Assembly (NCBI GenBank): GCA_965637545.1
Contig: OZ281499.1
Span: forward strand, 19,406,001 to 19,470,000
Reading direction: 5' to 3'
Origin: Phallusia mammillata
Lineage: Eukaryota
DNA: 64,000 nt
Part shown: one piece after another, positions 1-13,100 of the stretch
Layout: each line of letters starts with the position of its first letter
Position numbering within the stretch: the stretch's first letter is position 1
Program-made: the position numbers and the translations under genes
Notes under the pieces: generated by a model
The model's database searches: none
What the model was told of the DNA's origin: nothing
The model's input: only the letters and a program-made list of their open reading frames with translations

Positions 1-45
1 TTCGGGGATTCCGTATCACTAATTTTTTTTGTCCTATGATTTGTC

Positions 46-522
46 TAGAGATGTACCGAATATTCGGTTTGCCGAATTTATTCGGCCGAATCGGTCGTTT
101 TTGCAAAGATTCGGTTTCGGCCGAATAATTTGTTGCGATTCGGCCGAAACCGAATCTTTTCCGAACACAAATTTAAAGCGTTAAACGTGTCTTTTCTGAT
201 TATTAAGGTACCACGCAATCTTTCAAAAGCCCAAACATAACGAAAATTGCGTCAATTTTATCTTTTTCAACACATTATGGTTTTTCCCACTGTGGTCAAA
301 AATGTTTAATTCATTGGCAGGTTGCCAATCATGCTTGAGGCAATTTTAAACCCCACAGAACTAAAATGAGGACGAAATACAACAATTCTGCACTAGTTGC
401 CTGGTACATAAACATTTTTTTCATGTCAAACGCATACTGTAAGAAGTCGCGTGACGTCATAAATGATTCGGTTGATTCGAAAAAAATCAAAATCAAAATT
501 TAGCCGATTCGGTACAACACTA
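46..522. mobile_element. hAT-type MITE (477 bp)
   Basis: Imperfect TIRs tagagatgtaccgaat / attcggtacaacacta, perfect 8-bp TSD gatttgtc (38-45 and 523-530), and subterminal ttcggccgaa repeats. Confidence 0.9.
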
Positions 523-850
523 GATTTGTCGTTTTCGAGATATTCAATCAAACAATGAGCTCTCGAGCGACACCTTGGTTTAAAATGCAGCAGCGATTGT
601 TACGCCACCTCGTACCAACTTCTAACAATGGCGTTGGTCAGCTGTTGTTTTTGTTGCTTGTTTTAGCTTTGATGCGTACATTTTTAACTGTTTACAACTG
701 ACAGAACCAACGTAAATTTGTAGTTGACAGTTAAGCATTAACTAACAACTGTTGGCTTAAAGATGTAGATGTTTTGTTGTTCATAAAAGGTATTTTTACC
801 GTACCGTATAAAGTCTCCACACTAGAACAAAAATACTGACTATTTTAACC

Positions 851-1507
851 ATGAGCTCAAGTGAATCAGAAGAAGATAGTTATGCTTTTGTGGATTAAGG
901 AGATATTGTAGGCTATTCGTTTGAACCACAGTACCAAGAGATTGAACTAAGCGTGGACGAACCACAGTCAGCCAGCCTTCAAATGCAAATGGAGCACACA
1001 AATTGGTAACAGTCTTGCCTTGCTGAGCTAAGTTTAGTTTTAACAGTATTATTGTAGGTGTTTATGTATAAACTGTGTGATAATGAAGGAGAGAAATCAT
1101 GTGTTTGTTACCATGAAATTAGTAAAGTGCAACAGCAGTTAGCCAAATTCAACGAATATTCTGAGTCGAATCTGCTTTGTATAACTCCCCATCCTGGATT
1201 TGTACCCATATGTCTCAATGCGTATGCATTAGAAACAGCATATTATTGATTTAAACGACAATTCGGAAGCCATGATGGGGGTAACACCCGAGTAAGTTTT
1301 ACTGAACTAACTGAAGCACATACAACAAGCAACTGCTATATATTTAGGCGTTACAGATATACAGCCTACAGAGAATTTGTTGACTGGTGCTGGGGAAGAC
1401 TTGGAAAAAACTTCAGGGTTACATTGCCAGCATGCGTCGTAATCAAAGTTTGCAGTACTTTTCCTTCTGACGAGTATGCTGAATTCAAGGGTCCGAAACT
1501 TGTATGA
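851..1507 (+). pseudogene. P2X7 C-terminal ballast / nanor-like Zn-binding cysteine-rich protein pseudogene (3 exons)
   Basis: Manual splice and translation: MSSSESEEDSYAFVD*GDIVGYSFEPQY...TNW|CLCINCVIM(fs)EKSCVCYHE...CITPHPGFVPICLNAYALETAYY*...|RYTAYREFVDWCWGRLGKNFRVTLPACVVIKVCSTFPSDEYAEFKGP. The motifs WCxCxxC, CITxHPGFxxxCLN and RYxAYRxFVxW..LG..R..LPxC are typical of this family. Two in-frame stops and one frameshift. Confidence 0.8.
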
Positions 1508-1699
1508 TTTCGGTCAAAAATACATGCATAACGAGGCGTTGTAGTGTCACTCGTTTGTATTATTACAAAAAAAAATTATGTGTGCGGCAATCGAGGCCTG
1601 TTGGGTACAGTTATCAACGTAACTAACAGATATGAGCAAATAGTCATACCATATAACAACAGAAGAATGTATTAAGAAACAATCGTACCTAAAATTCCA

Positions 1700-1813
1700 G
1701 CGTGCGGCTTACAATCGAGCGCGGCTTACATTATTTTTTAACACCTCAACATGCGGCTCACAATCAAGGGTGGCTTATTAACAAGGGCGGTTTACAATCG
1801 AGTAAATACGGTA
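1700..1813. mobile_element. pogo/Tigger-like (Tc1/mariner) MITE, right end only
   Basis: Ends ...gcggtttacaatcgagtaaatacggTA, with repeated gcggcttacaatc subterminal motifs. The same TIR type occurs at 37255/37725. Confidence 0.7.
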
Positions 1814-2139
1814 TCTGTTTCATCTCGAATCGCAACCATACACAGAACGCACTGCAGGCATTTTTGCACCCTTGAGTCTAAAAATAAGAACAATTAAACA
1901 CCAAAGTATTTTAACTGACCAACGTTATTGGCGTCACTGAACGTTAACAACCACCGACGACAAACACGCTCCAAAGTTCCAAACCAAGTTGTTACGAGGT
2001 GACGTCACATGACGTTTGGACAATGTGACGAAATATCCGCAAGGTGTCAGTAATTTGAGATTTTAAACGTAAATGTTTGACTAATAACATCGATTTTCAT
2101 TCACGGTTGGCGCTCGTAGCGAGCGGACGCAATCAAGCA

Positions 2140-3533
2140 ATGGATAAAGGTCCAAGTTTTGCGCAAGTCACGCAACAAAAGGGTGGGGGCTATTTAAAGA
2201 GGCCCACCTGTCTAAGTTTTAAAACGAGAAATCAAAGTAAAAGAGATGATATTTTGAATATCATAGAAAAAGAGAGTTTCCCTGTCCAAAAACTGATTGG
2301 AATCTCAGAAAGGAAAGGAAACCTAGTCGACATAACATGCACAACAAGAAAAGCTGTTTTAGAACTGTTTGAAAAACTGGTTCAGGTAGACACAATTTAT
2401 TCGGTCCGACTCTACGAATCTGATAAGCTTAATGTGGCGGTAGGATGGGTGCCTATACCTTTCCCGAACGAAGAAATCAAAACAGAATTTCAAAAAAGAT
2501 TCGGTGAAGTGAAGAATATCCAGCACCGAAAAGATAAGAATGGTTTACTAACTGGAATGAGAATTGTTACGCTAGACAAAGCTGATGTGGAAAAAAATCC
2601 AATACCTAGTTACGTGACATTACATGGTTATGAGTTTTATTGTACATACAACGGCCAGCAAATAACCTGCAAATATTGCTCAGAAGTTGGACATAAACAG
2701 CAAGACTGCCCAAAAAGTATACAAGACTACCCAAAACTCTCAGAAACAAGCAAAAAAGGTAAACCAAGAAGGCAAGGATTGCACCGCTTCTGATAAGAAA
2801 CGAAACAACTTGGACGGCGCGGAGAAGATAAGGGCACCATTGACTCGAACGGGACAACAATAGATTTGGAAACCGTCCACACCCCAAGCGAAACAGCAGA
2901 AAAGGAGATAAGAAAACCCGAAACTAACTTGCCTGATGAACAGCTAATTAACGGATCGCTTTTGGAAAATAAAAATAGGTCATCAAGGAAACGGCACCAA
3001 CGAAGCCCAACCGAAGGAAACCTACATCAAGCGAAATCGATAAGTCTAAGTGAACTAAATATACCAATTTCCTGCCCGAAATGTAAAGAAGAGAGCTACG
3101 TAACAGAAAAAAATTCAACATTCTTCTGCTGGAAATGTTCATCGGAGTTCAACATTGCTGCATCGTGCTGCAACGAAATTGATAGATTTTTGGTCCCGGA
3201 TAGGGAGGTGAAAACTAACTGTGTCACATTCCACCACCCATGAGAAGGATGACGTGCTGCCACAAGTTTCAGCCGGAGTACCAAACAGATGAAAGAACTT
3301 TCGAATGCGTGGAATGCAGAAAGTATTCAATGTTTTGCATTTGTAAAACTGTTAACGCTATACCAAAACGGACAATGACTACTAACTGTGTGAATAATGC
3401 ATGCAAATATACGCTTGTCCACTGTAGCTGTGGGAAAATAACATCTCAGTTAATGGGACCTAACAACCCGTACTTGTGCGATTGTGGCTTTGAATATGAA
3501 TATGATATAGACATTTGTGTAGAACGTATTTAA
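2140..3533 (+). pseudogene. L1/Tx1 ORF1 (zinc knuckle; cysteine-rich C-terminal extension), disrupted
   Basis: CKYCSEVGHKQQDC (CX2CX4HX4C). ORF pieces 2077-2793 and 2866-3243 are in the same frame, separated by TGA TAA, and a frameshift near 3240 leads into 3240-3533. Confidence 0.8.
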
Positions 3534-6500
3534 ATGCCTCTCACTGTAATAACCTACAACGTAGCAGGGTTGCGAAACACTAGGAAACGGCGAAGCGTTT
3601 TTCATTTTTTGAGACAAAAAAAGTTCGATATAATGTGCCTACAAGAAACGCACTCATCTGCATGAAATCTCAAGCAATGGGAGTTAGAATGGGGCGGGGA
3701 AATTGTAGTTTCGCACGGCACAACAAAAAGTAAAGGAGTGGCGGTTTTGTTTTCCAAACACCTTTCCTACCTGAAACACGACGTGACTATTGATAACCAC
3801 GGGCGTTATATAATCATTGAGCTGGAAATAAATGACCAGCAGCGCATAACGCTGTGCAATCTCTACGGGCCTAACCAGGACAACCCGCAATTCTACGAAA
3901 ACGTCTTTCGGGTTGTAGCTGATAAAAGCGCTAAAAGCGGAACCGAAAATATGGTTTTGGTTGGTGATTTTAACTGCGTACTCAATGACGAGCTAGACAA
4001 GACAGGAGGTAGAGCAATGCACACTAACCAACGCGCAAAAACTACCATCTTACAAGCTATGGAAAACCTTGAATTATATGAGGTTTTTCGTATCAAACAT
4101 CCAAAAGCGAAACATTACACACGGCTAGTAGGCTCGATTTTGTGCTTGTCACAAACGAACTACTAAACAAGACAACCCATATTCAAATTGACCCAAGCAC
4201 GCAATCGGACCACAGTATTGTTAAACTTACACTTAACCTTGATAAAATACCCAGGGGTAGAGGCTACTGGAAATTCAATACATCCTTATTAGAAGACCGG
4301 AAATTTGTAGAAAATACCAAAAAATGGATCGCTGAATTCATCAAAAATAATGACAACGGGGAAGTGTTTCCGCAAATCCTGTGGGAAGCACTAAAATGCA
4401 ATCTTCGCGGTTGCGTTATAAAGTATGCAAGTGAAAAGAAACGAAAAGCTAAAGCAAAACAGACAGAGCTGGAAAATATACTTAATGAAATGCGAAAATT
4501 ACCCGAACCCCATGATGAGCGCACAACCAGCGAAATCGCAGCTACACAAGAAAAATATGATGATATTATTGAAAGGCATACCAAAAGCGCAATAATACGA
4601 AGTAGAGCGCGATGGGCTGAATATGGAGGTAAAAATAATGCATACTTTCTAAACCTCGAAAAACGGAGAAATGGAAAGAAAACTTCGAAGATAGAAACGG
4701 ACCAAAAGACAATTTTACGCACCCTTCAAGAGTATTTTGAAACGTTGTTCAGCGCGAACAAACACCCGTTGTGCACCACCAGCGAAATATACGATTATAT
4801 TAATAATATAGCGTGCCCAACACTGTACGAGGAAAAAGCGCGTATGTGTAAGGGAAAATTGCCCTCAGGACAATGAAAAATAACAAATTCCCGGGACTAG
4901 ACGGTTTGCCAGCGGAATTTTACAAAGCGTTCTGGGAAGAATTAAAACAGTTACTGGTTAGCGCACTCAACAACGCATTCGAGACAGGATCTTTTGGTGG
5001 ACAAATGGCTTGGGGTGTAGTAACCTTAATTCCTAAACAAGAAAAAGATGTCCTATACGCGGAAAACTATCGTCCGATAACTTTACTGAACGCTGACTAT
5101 AAGATAGCAGCCAAAACAATCAATAGCCGTATCAAAAATGTGCTTCCGACAATCATCGCCCCCGAACAGACGGGCTTTGTCAAGGGAAGATACATAGGAG
5201 ATAACATAAGAACGCTTTTTAATATTCGGGATTACGTTGCCGAGCAAGGAACTTCGGGGGCCTTTTTGTTTATAGATATTTGTAAAGCGTTCGACTCTGT
5301 GAATTGGGACTTTCTTAATGCAGCGTGCTCAAAATTTGGTTTTGGAAACGACTTGTGCAGGTGGATAAAAACGTTTTATGCGGGCTCGAAATGCTTGATT
5401 ATAAATAATAACCACATGCCAAATCCTATCAGGGTTGAAAGGGGTGTTCGTCAAGGTGACCCGCTGTCCCCTTCGCTTTTTGTACTCGCAATAGAATTTC
5501 TAGCCTTGGCAATTAAAAGGAACAAAAACGTGAAAGGAATCAGTATAGGAAAACAGGAAGTAAAAATTTCGCTATTTGCTGACGACGCCTTACTTTTTCT
5601 AGATGGGTCGGAAAGTAGCTTTCGCGCAGCATTTGATGAGGCAAATGTATTTGGTATGCACACTGGCTGCAATATAAATCTCGCAAAATCAAGTGCAATG
5701 CACATAGGCAAGGTAGAGACAAACCCAAAATACTACCTGAAATCAGAAGGTTTAACCTGGCCTAATACTTTCGTTAAGTACCTCGGAGTTAAAATTCCTA
5801 CCACCAGATGCAGTGGTAACCTGTTTACACTAAACTTTGAATCTGTAAGTAAGGAAATTCAAGCTGTAACAAAACCTTGGTTGGCAAGGTCACTTTCCCT
5901 ATTGGGTCGAGTGATTATTATCAAAACGTTGGCGATACCCAAGCTACTTTACAAGCTAAGTGTTTTGCCTGTAAATATACCTCGACCGTTTTTAAAAGAA
6001 ATTAAAAGAAAACTTTTCACCTTTTTATGGGGCTCAAACTGGGAGAGAGTAGCAAGGAACAAACTGTGCTGTAAAATTGAAGAGGGAGGGATAAATATGA
6101 TAGACGTGGAAGCCTACGTCGATACTGCTTACGTCTCGCTTTGGAAAAGCATCGAAACGAATATTACTTCTATACATACCATGATATGCATCGCAGCCAC
6201 CAATCTAAAACCAACCCATAAACAAGTTAAAAAACTAACACCCCTCAGGACGTTTTGGTCATCGGTCGACCTTTGGAAAGATTGCGTAACCCAGTTTTGG
6301 CAGCAGCCCACTGTTTACAACAACTGCATGTGGTTAAATAGAAGTGTATTGTTCAAACGAAAACCAATCGCCTACGAGAATTTCGTTAACGCTGGGATAC
6401 TTGAATACCACCAAATTATTGACAAAAAATCGGAATATCAAACTTTCAATAAACTTTGCGAAATTTACGATTTGGTAAACAACAGTAAAAATCATTCTGA

Positions 6501-7154
6501 CTACCAGTGTCTAATCGCGGCTATTCCCACTACATGGGAAACACACACCTCAAGTAAAATTTACAGACAAACTTCCACTGAGCGGCCGACCAAGCAAGAA
6601 AATAAATGGGAGGAGATTTTACAATGGGAACCGCTCACCACTGAAAAATGGGGAGAAATGTACAAAATCTATACGATTGCACAGTGGAAACAAAACTACG
6701 CTCCTTCCAAATTAAGTTTAGTCCTAGGGCTATTGTTCTAAACGATACCCTTTATGGCTTCGGGATTGCTGATGCTGATGAGTGCACTTTTTGCGGCGTG
6801 TGCAAAGAAACTATGTTACATTTATGTTGTGAATGTGTATGTGTACAGGCATACTGAGAAAATGTTAGTTCATGAATCGACAGTGTTCTAGGCTACCGAA
6901 TCGTTTTAAATAATGGTATAAAAACGTTTGGACTTCATAATGAAAAATTTGATCAATATTTTCTGAAACTTGTGAATTGCATGCTTTTAAATGCCAGATT
7001 TGTCATCTACAGATGTAATATACAAAAACTAAAACCAAGAGTAGACATGTTTGTGTACCAAGTGAAACGTTGCCAATGTAACGAAAAAATCATAGCAGTG
7101 AAAAATGATACTCTGTCTAAGTATAAATTAAAGTGGAATGCGCACTTGCGTTAA
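3534..7154 (+). pseudogene. L1/Tx1 ORF2 (AP endonuclease + reverse transcriptase + C-terminal zinc finger), disrupted
   Basis: Starts MPLTVITYNVAGLRN...CLQETH; NLYGPN; VGDFN; SDHS; LIPK..NYRPITLLNADYKI; FIDICKAFDSV; RGVRQGDPLSPSLF; LFADD; CTFCGVCKETMLHL. Several stops and frameshifts. Confidence 0.92.
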
Positions 7155-10100
7155 TTGCCTTTGTGTTTGTTCGCTACTGTGTGTTCCTATGTTGTTATTT
7201 TGTCATTTTCATATTTTATCGCCAATAATAAAAAAAATAATAACATCGATTTTTGTAATTTTAAACCTGAAATCGTGTTTATCAGAATTCAACAAATAAC
7301 ATATTACAAAATAATTTTCCGGTGCCGGGGCTCTTTAAGTAAGTCAAGGGCAGCACTATCGATATCGAACAAAAAATATTGCAAGATGAAAAAGTAAAAT
7401 GCTCATTTATGCCATTAGCTACATTGAAAAACAATTTTGTAATAAATAACAAACAGATACACAGTGTAGCAAAGTGTAAATCAACTGTACTTCATTGCTT
7501 TGTGTGGAAACAATGGCATACAATGACGCAACAATGTATAAAATATGACGCAACAGTTTCAAATGCTTATTCTAAAAATGGGTTAGTTCGACAATCCTGT
7601 AAAAACGTGGCATATATACCACTAGTATAGAGATGATTGTATTATACAAACTATCTAGTCTAGTCAAAAAGGGTATAATTGTTTACTTTAGATACAAAGA
7701 AATAGTCTGACAATTTTCCGATTTGCGCACCTTGCACTGCTGGGCCGGATTGTGACACGATAGATTGGGACAAATTATCACCGTCCTTGAATATTCACAG
7801 ACGGTTAGTGAAAAGTCAGTAAAAGCAAAACAACGACTGTAGTCTAAGGAACCAGATGTTGTCCGCCTTGTCACTTCAAGTGATTTACTTGTTTTGTGTT
7901 TGTTTTGCAATTAGTAATAGACACTCAAAACGACAAGCGTGAACTGCTTTTTTTAATATTTCGTTGTTTGAACAAAAACATTACGAAACCAATTAGTTAA
8001 ATCTATTCACACTGATATGGATGATAACAAACCGCTGATTGAAAGCAAAGGAAGAATTCATCAGTAAAATGGCTATAAACACAAGCACACATATAATGTA
8101 CTTGTTTTGTGTATGAACAGAATCTTTATGGTGGACACAAAATAATCTGCAAAATTGAGGGACAAGAATGAAAGTGGAATGAAATCAAACCGCTTTACAA
8201 AGGAACATGTATAGAAGCCCACACAAAATTTAAAGAATAATCCTGAATCTTGCAATTCGGATAAGCACCAGATCTTTCCGATTGTGTGGTTTTTTTTTAA
8301 ATCACCTGCTTTTTTGTTCTTTTACCTGTGTTGTAGATTTTTATATGTAATCTTTCTTTTAAAGTTTAAACGTTTTATTTCTGTATTTTTGTATCATGTA
8401 GGGAAGGTATTTTTTTCAGGCGTCGGTTATCCATCTTCTTTTCTTCTAATTTGTAAGTCGAATTGTTGTGATACCGCTTAACTGTAGCAAAGAGCAAAGA
8501 TTTGCCGTCGAGGCCCCACTGCAATTACTTGCTCATGGTGCGTAATTGGTTAAGCCAAAACGCAACAAATACCTTTGTACGTAGATACCCACCATTCGGC
8601 TGTTTCCTGCTTTGCTTTGTATGTGATTGTTGGACGACGGATTTTGATCATTGTTTCGATTTTACTTTGCTTAATGCAACAGCTGTTAAGTAAATCAATT
8701 TAAAGAGATTTTAATAGATGTTTCCGGTTGTTGCAGCAGAACCGAGAAAACACTACCAAGGCCTAAGATTAAACTAACTTGGGTTGTTTGCGCTTTGAAT
8801 AACTTAGAAAGTTCACCCACTGACAGCATTACTTAATATATCTCTATTATGAGGCTGTTTCAAACTACATTAACTCAAACAAATGTATTTTAGTGATTTT
8901 AAACTACTGTGATGTTGTTTTGTATAAATTGTGTTTCCGTACATAAAAATCATGCAGAAAAGTAGAAAACACTGAACTATAGTAATACAGAATCACGTAG
9001 CATCAAGTTCTATTTATTCAACATTTACTCAAAACAAAAACACAGAAATGCGTGATCGATTTAAAAACAAACAAACATGGTTTGTCACTCGTAACTCTCC
9101 CATTTTAGTTCATTGCATGGCGCAGGCCAACCTCTGCTTATGCCATCCCGAATTAGATTCACCAATGCGTGCTTCTTTGCACCTCGTGAAGATTGTAGAT
9201 TATCGCATTTTCTGCTTGAGCCCGTGTCATCCCAGCTTGTTCCGTCATAGACCAGTTTTGATTTTAAACCTTTCCACTTGGGGCGCGGATCAGCGGATTT
9301 GCAGTGTATTATATGCCCGCCGTAAGAAAACTAAGAAAATGGCAAAATTTCGGTTGAAACAATTTGCATTTATTTCCACTCTTTGGATAAACTACGAGTC
9401 GCTTTCACTCATGCCCTGTTGGTTGGTGTGAATTTTGCCAAAACCACTAAAGCAATGGTTCGTCATTGCTTCCTAGTGGTCAGCAAATGATGAAGTAAAG
9501 TAGGCAATTGTTTAAAGAAAATTGAAGCAGATTTGTTGTTTTCAGATGCCTATTACTTCAGTAAATTAAGCATATATATATATACATACATATATATATG
9601 TATGCATATAAATCTTAATAACAATGCAATATTTCTGACTTATTAAAGTTTTCAGTATCTTGAAACAGAATTGTACGAGAATTTAGATTCTGAATATTAG
9701 GTAGTTTTTTTAAAAAAAATTGGAACAGTTATATACTTACAAAAATAGTTTTTCACATCTTGTTGTGATTTTGAAGCGTGTTTAATTGGAATACTGCAAG
9801 ACAAATTGTCTCTAGAATTTTTTAAAATTACTGGCTGTTACCGATTCTCGGCCTTTTTTTATCTGTTTGTCCAACATCACCCAGTCAATCGTACGACATT
9901 CACGACCTTCAGTGCAAGATGTACATTTGCAAACCGGAAACACATCAGACCACTCCTCCGAAGTTCGTATCGCCGATTCTTATTTCACCAACGGCCACCA
10001 AAATTTTGTTTTAAAATTACTGATGTAAATTGTAAACAAACATGTTCAACTTACCTGGTACGTCAGTAATTCCTCCAAGGTTTAAATTCACTGTGCAAAA

Positions 10101-13100
10101 AAATTCGTAAAATTTCATACATTATATAAATATATATATGTTATGTATGTTTTGTATATAATTGTCTGTTAAACTTATGTTTCTCTGATTAGATTGGTTA
10201 TAGGTCCAGGTTCATAAGTTTCTTCCAGTTGGTTCCTCTTGCATCTATTTTTTAATGTGAACTTTTAGTAATGTAATGCTCTTATTGTTTTGATAAAAAA
10301 TAATTTTGACATGACAGCACGTTAAAAATGTGACTTAATTTCTACATAAAGACTGTCTTTAGGCTATTTAAATACAAAAGTTTCTTTTGGGGCTTAAAAC
10401 TGTCCTTACCTATGTAGATGTTATGTCCCGCAGTGTTCAAATTTGCGTTTGGCATAAGATTGCCTCTCAAATTTGGATTTGCTTTGTTGTTTTCATCCAT
10501 GCTGATGATCAAAGAACAATCTGCAACAAACTAAAACCAAACCTTCAGACAACTAATCCTATGAGAAGAACGCTGTTGTTATTTTATAGTTAAAGTGCCC
10601 AAAACCCGACATGAGCTTAAATTTAGGTTTGGAAGGTGCTTAAACACACGAATTACATGCAACGCTAACTGCTTACCAATAAGTTTCAATTTTTTTATCC
10701 AAAAAAAGTTTTAACCCAAAAATATATGAATAATTTTTGAATTTTTGTTGATACATTATGATTAGAATCGCTCACAAGAATTAGCAGCTTGTCATGTAAG
10801 CTGATCGGTCAAGATCCAAAGCACGTAACAAAGTACTTCTGCTGTGTAACAAGCCTGACTATTTCCGAAACGCATGCCTATATGTATACCAGCTAATGTC
10901 GCCTGAAACATCCGGGTCAATTACCAACTTCATGCACAGATCGAGCTAAACAGTTTGAGGATCAGCCCGTTTACGACAGGATCATCTATATTGTGACGTT
11001 TGTGGTGCCAGTTTTTCGTATTGTTTGCACACTTTGGGGGTACAAAAAGTTGGACGCATTAAGCTACTAGGCTGATAATACTCTTTTTAGTCCCACAAAA
11101 TCTGTTTAGAGCAGTTTTGGAATTTAACCATTAAGCAAGAGGATTATTTACGTAACAGTCGCAAGTAAATCCTTTTTCAAAAATACATGTTCACGGCCGA
11201 GTAAACTTGTTTGTGTGGGCTGTGAACCTCTGTCCTACAGCTATGTGGAAAATGAATGTCGAACTAGATTTAGGACATGTACCCTTAAAACTATGCTGTA
11301 GCCTACGCTGATAACCACACGACAAGTTACGGTAAATTGATTCTAAAACGGATTCGTTTATGCATTTGGTGCAAAGGCATTACAATTAGCCGTATTCGTT
11401 TGTGAAAACATAAGCTACATGCGGGAAAAATATGAATAATAAGTTTGTAATATCATGCCGAACCAACAGCAAGTTTACTTACCACGGTTTCTAACGGTAA
11501 AACAGTACAACAAACTTTACCAAGTTTTATCAGAGGGAACACACCGCTGCGATATACTGTGTCCTAATTGCAGCACATCTATTCTTGCTCCTGGTCAATA
11601 CACAGTACTAATGGTGCATCAATTCCTTTAACGTCCAACTACTTAACTAACTCTGTACAACCAAACTATTTTTTTACCTTCCCTAGTCAAAACACTTTCC
11701 TAGTAAAAACAGTTTTGCTCCGAAATGCCAGTAGCCTTTCATTACATGTACATTGTTGCGGGTCTGTGTTTTGTCTGTGGCCGTAATTTAAGACGCCAAG
11801 GATTTCATAAGAGTATCGATTGTCGTTGTATGTGATCGCAACGCAAAACCCTAAACAAAGCACACACCTGAAATCAGCAATAACAAAGTATTGTGCTCGT
11901 ACGTCCCGTTTTTTTTTGTATCTACATTGACGACATTGATTGGTACGAATCTGGGAACTTGAATGGGATAGGTAAGAAAAAAGTCTGCAAAACTGATTGA
12001 AAAGTCAGTTTTGAATTGGATTGAAAAGTTTTTTAATTCCTAAAACGTAATTTCTTTGCCACACTACACCTTTCACCACACTTCGTGCTTGCAAAAACAC
12101 GGCCTGGGCCTCAGTTGCTATCATCTGTCTGGTATTGTTTCAATGTGTGTCTGCTTGGTAAAAAGGGTAGCCAGTAGGCTAAACAGCATATTTCTTATTT
12201 CGTTGTTAATCTGCATTTGCTGCAAAGCTGTAACTAAAATCGCATGTGTTTTATTTGCTAGGAAAGTCTCCCTTTCTCTCCGCTTGACAGTGTACGGCAA
12301 GTGCTTTGACTTGTGTACATTATGGTTGGCTACATGCAGACAGGCGAAAAGCGTTCTGCTTCAAATAGCATGAAAACTTTTTTCAAATGACATGAAAACT
12401 TAAAGCGAACTAATTCACACTATTAAAAGTAGAAAACGAAATTGCAAGTGTATTTGGACTTATACCTTGGCTGAAGAGGGTTTAGATTTCGCCACTGCAT
12501 TGGAAAGTCTCAAAATCTACGGCCCAATTTTCCACAAAAGGATGGTAAGCTAAAAATATGTTCAGTATTACCGTTAAGCTGATAAGCGTTACTGTTGGGA
12601 TTAAATCATTGTGTTTATACCTGGGTTTCATAATAAGAGTTTGATTCATGGGTTTCAAAATAAGAGTTTCATTCATGGGTTATCAAATCATTATTTTAAT
12701 CAACCTCAATGCTAAAGTACTCACAGCCAATGACAAGACTTGTGCTAATATGATATACCCTTCACGATTTTGGCACTACGAAGAATAACGTCTGGACGTA
12801 AATAGCCTAGCTTAAAACAGCGGCTTGCTTAATTACGAGGACTAAGCAGTGTACCATCTAATCAAGAAAACGATAATAGTGCGCTTCAGGGCAAATTTAA
12901 CTCAAACAGGGGATACAATCTGACAAAAGTTTTGTTCTCTATGTTGTTGTTCCAGCCCTAACGGATCGAGCGAGGCAAGCAATAGACTCTGTGCAATTAT
13001 TTGACTTCAGGAACTATGGCAAGGCAATCAATAGGTTCGGTTCAATTTTTCCACTTAATGAGCTAGCAACGAGAGAAATAAGTTCAGTGGTTTACTACGA

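Larger units (their letters stand above)
2098..7237 (+). mobile_element. Full-length, disabled L1/Tx1-clade non-LTR retrotransposon
   Basis: 16-bp direct repeat taataacatcgatttt at 2082-2097 and 7238-7253 (TSD), A-rich tail at about 7224-7237, ORF1 with CCHC knuckle, and ORF2 with APE + RT + C-terminal CxxC..H..C. Confidence 0.93.
1..7334. mobile_element. Kolobok-like DNA transposon remnant (left end outside window) hosting nested insertions
   Basis: Right end reads ...ccggtgccggggctct followed by TTAA (7335-7338), matching the RR/YY termini plus TTAA target of Kolobok. It contains a cysteine-rich P2X7-ballast-like gene and, on the - strand near 1830-1870, a possible THAP N-terminal remnant (MPAVRSVYGC). 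The family assignment is inference. Confidence 0.45.

Noticed and set aside
4264-4722. 152-aa minus-strand ORF (and 2606-2887, 5451-5711)
   Set aside because: These are antisense shadows of the L1/Tx1 ORFs with no independent motifs.
9048-9431. 127-aa ORF or possible 213-bp exon
   Set aside because: Splice-like borders exist, but the translation has no family signature and could not be linked to other exons.
10590-11290. Possible non-autonomous Kolobok (ttaaagtgccc ... gtacccttaa)
   Set aside because: TTAA-bounded ends are present, but the terminal inverted repeat is too weak to support a call.
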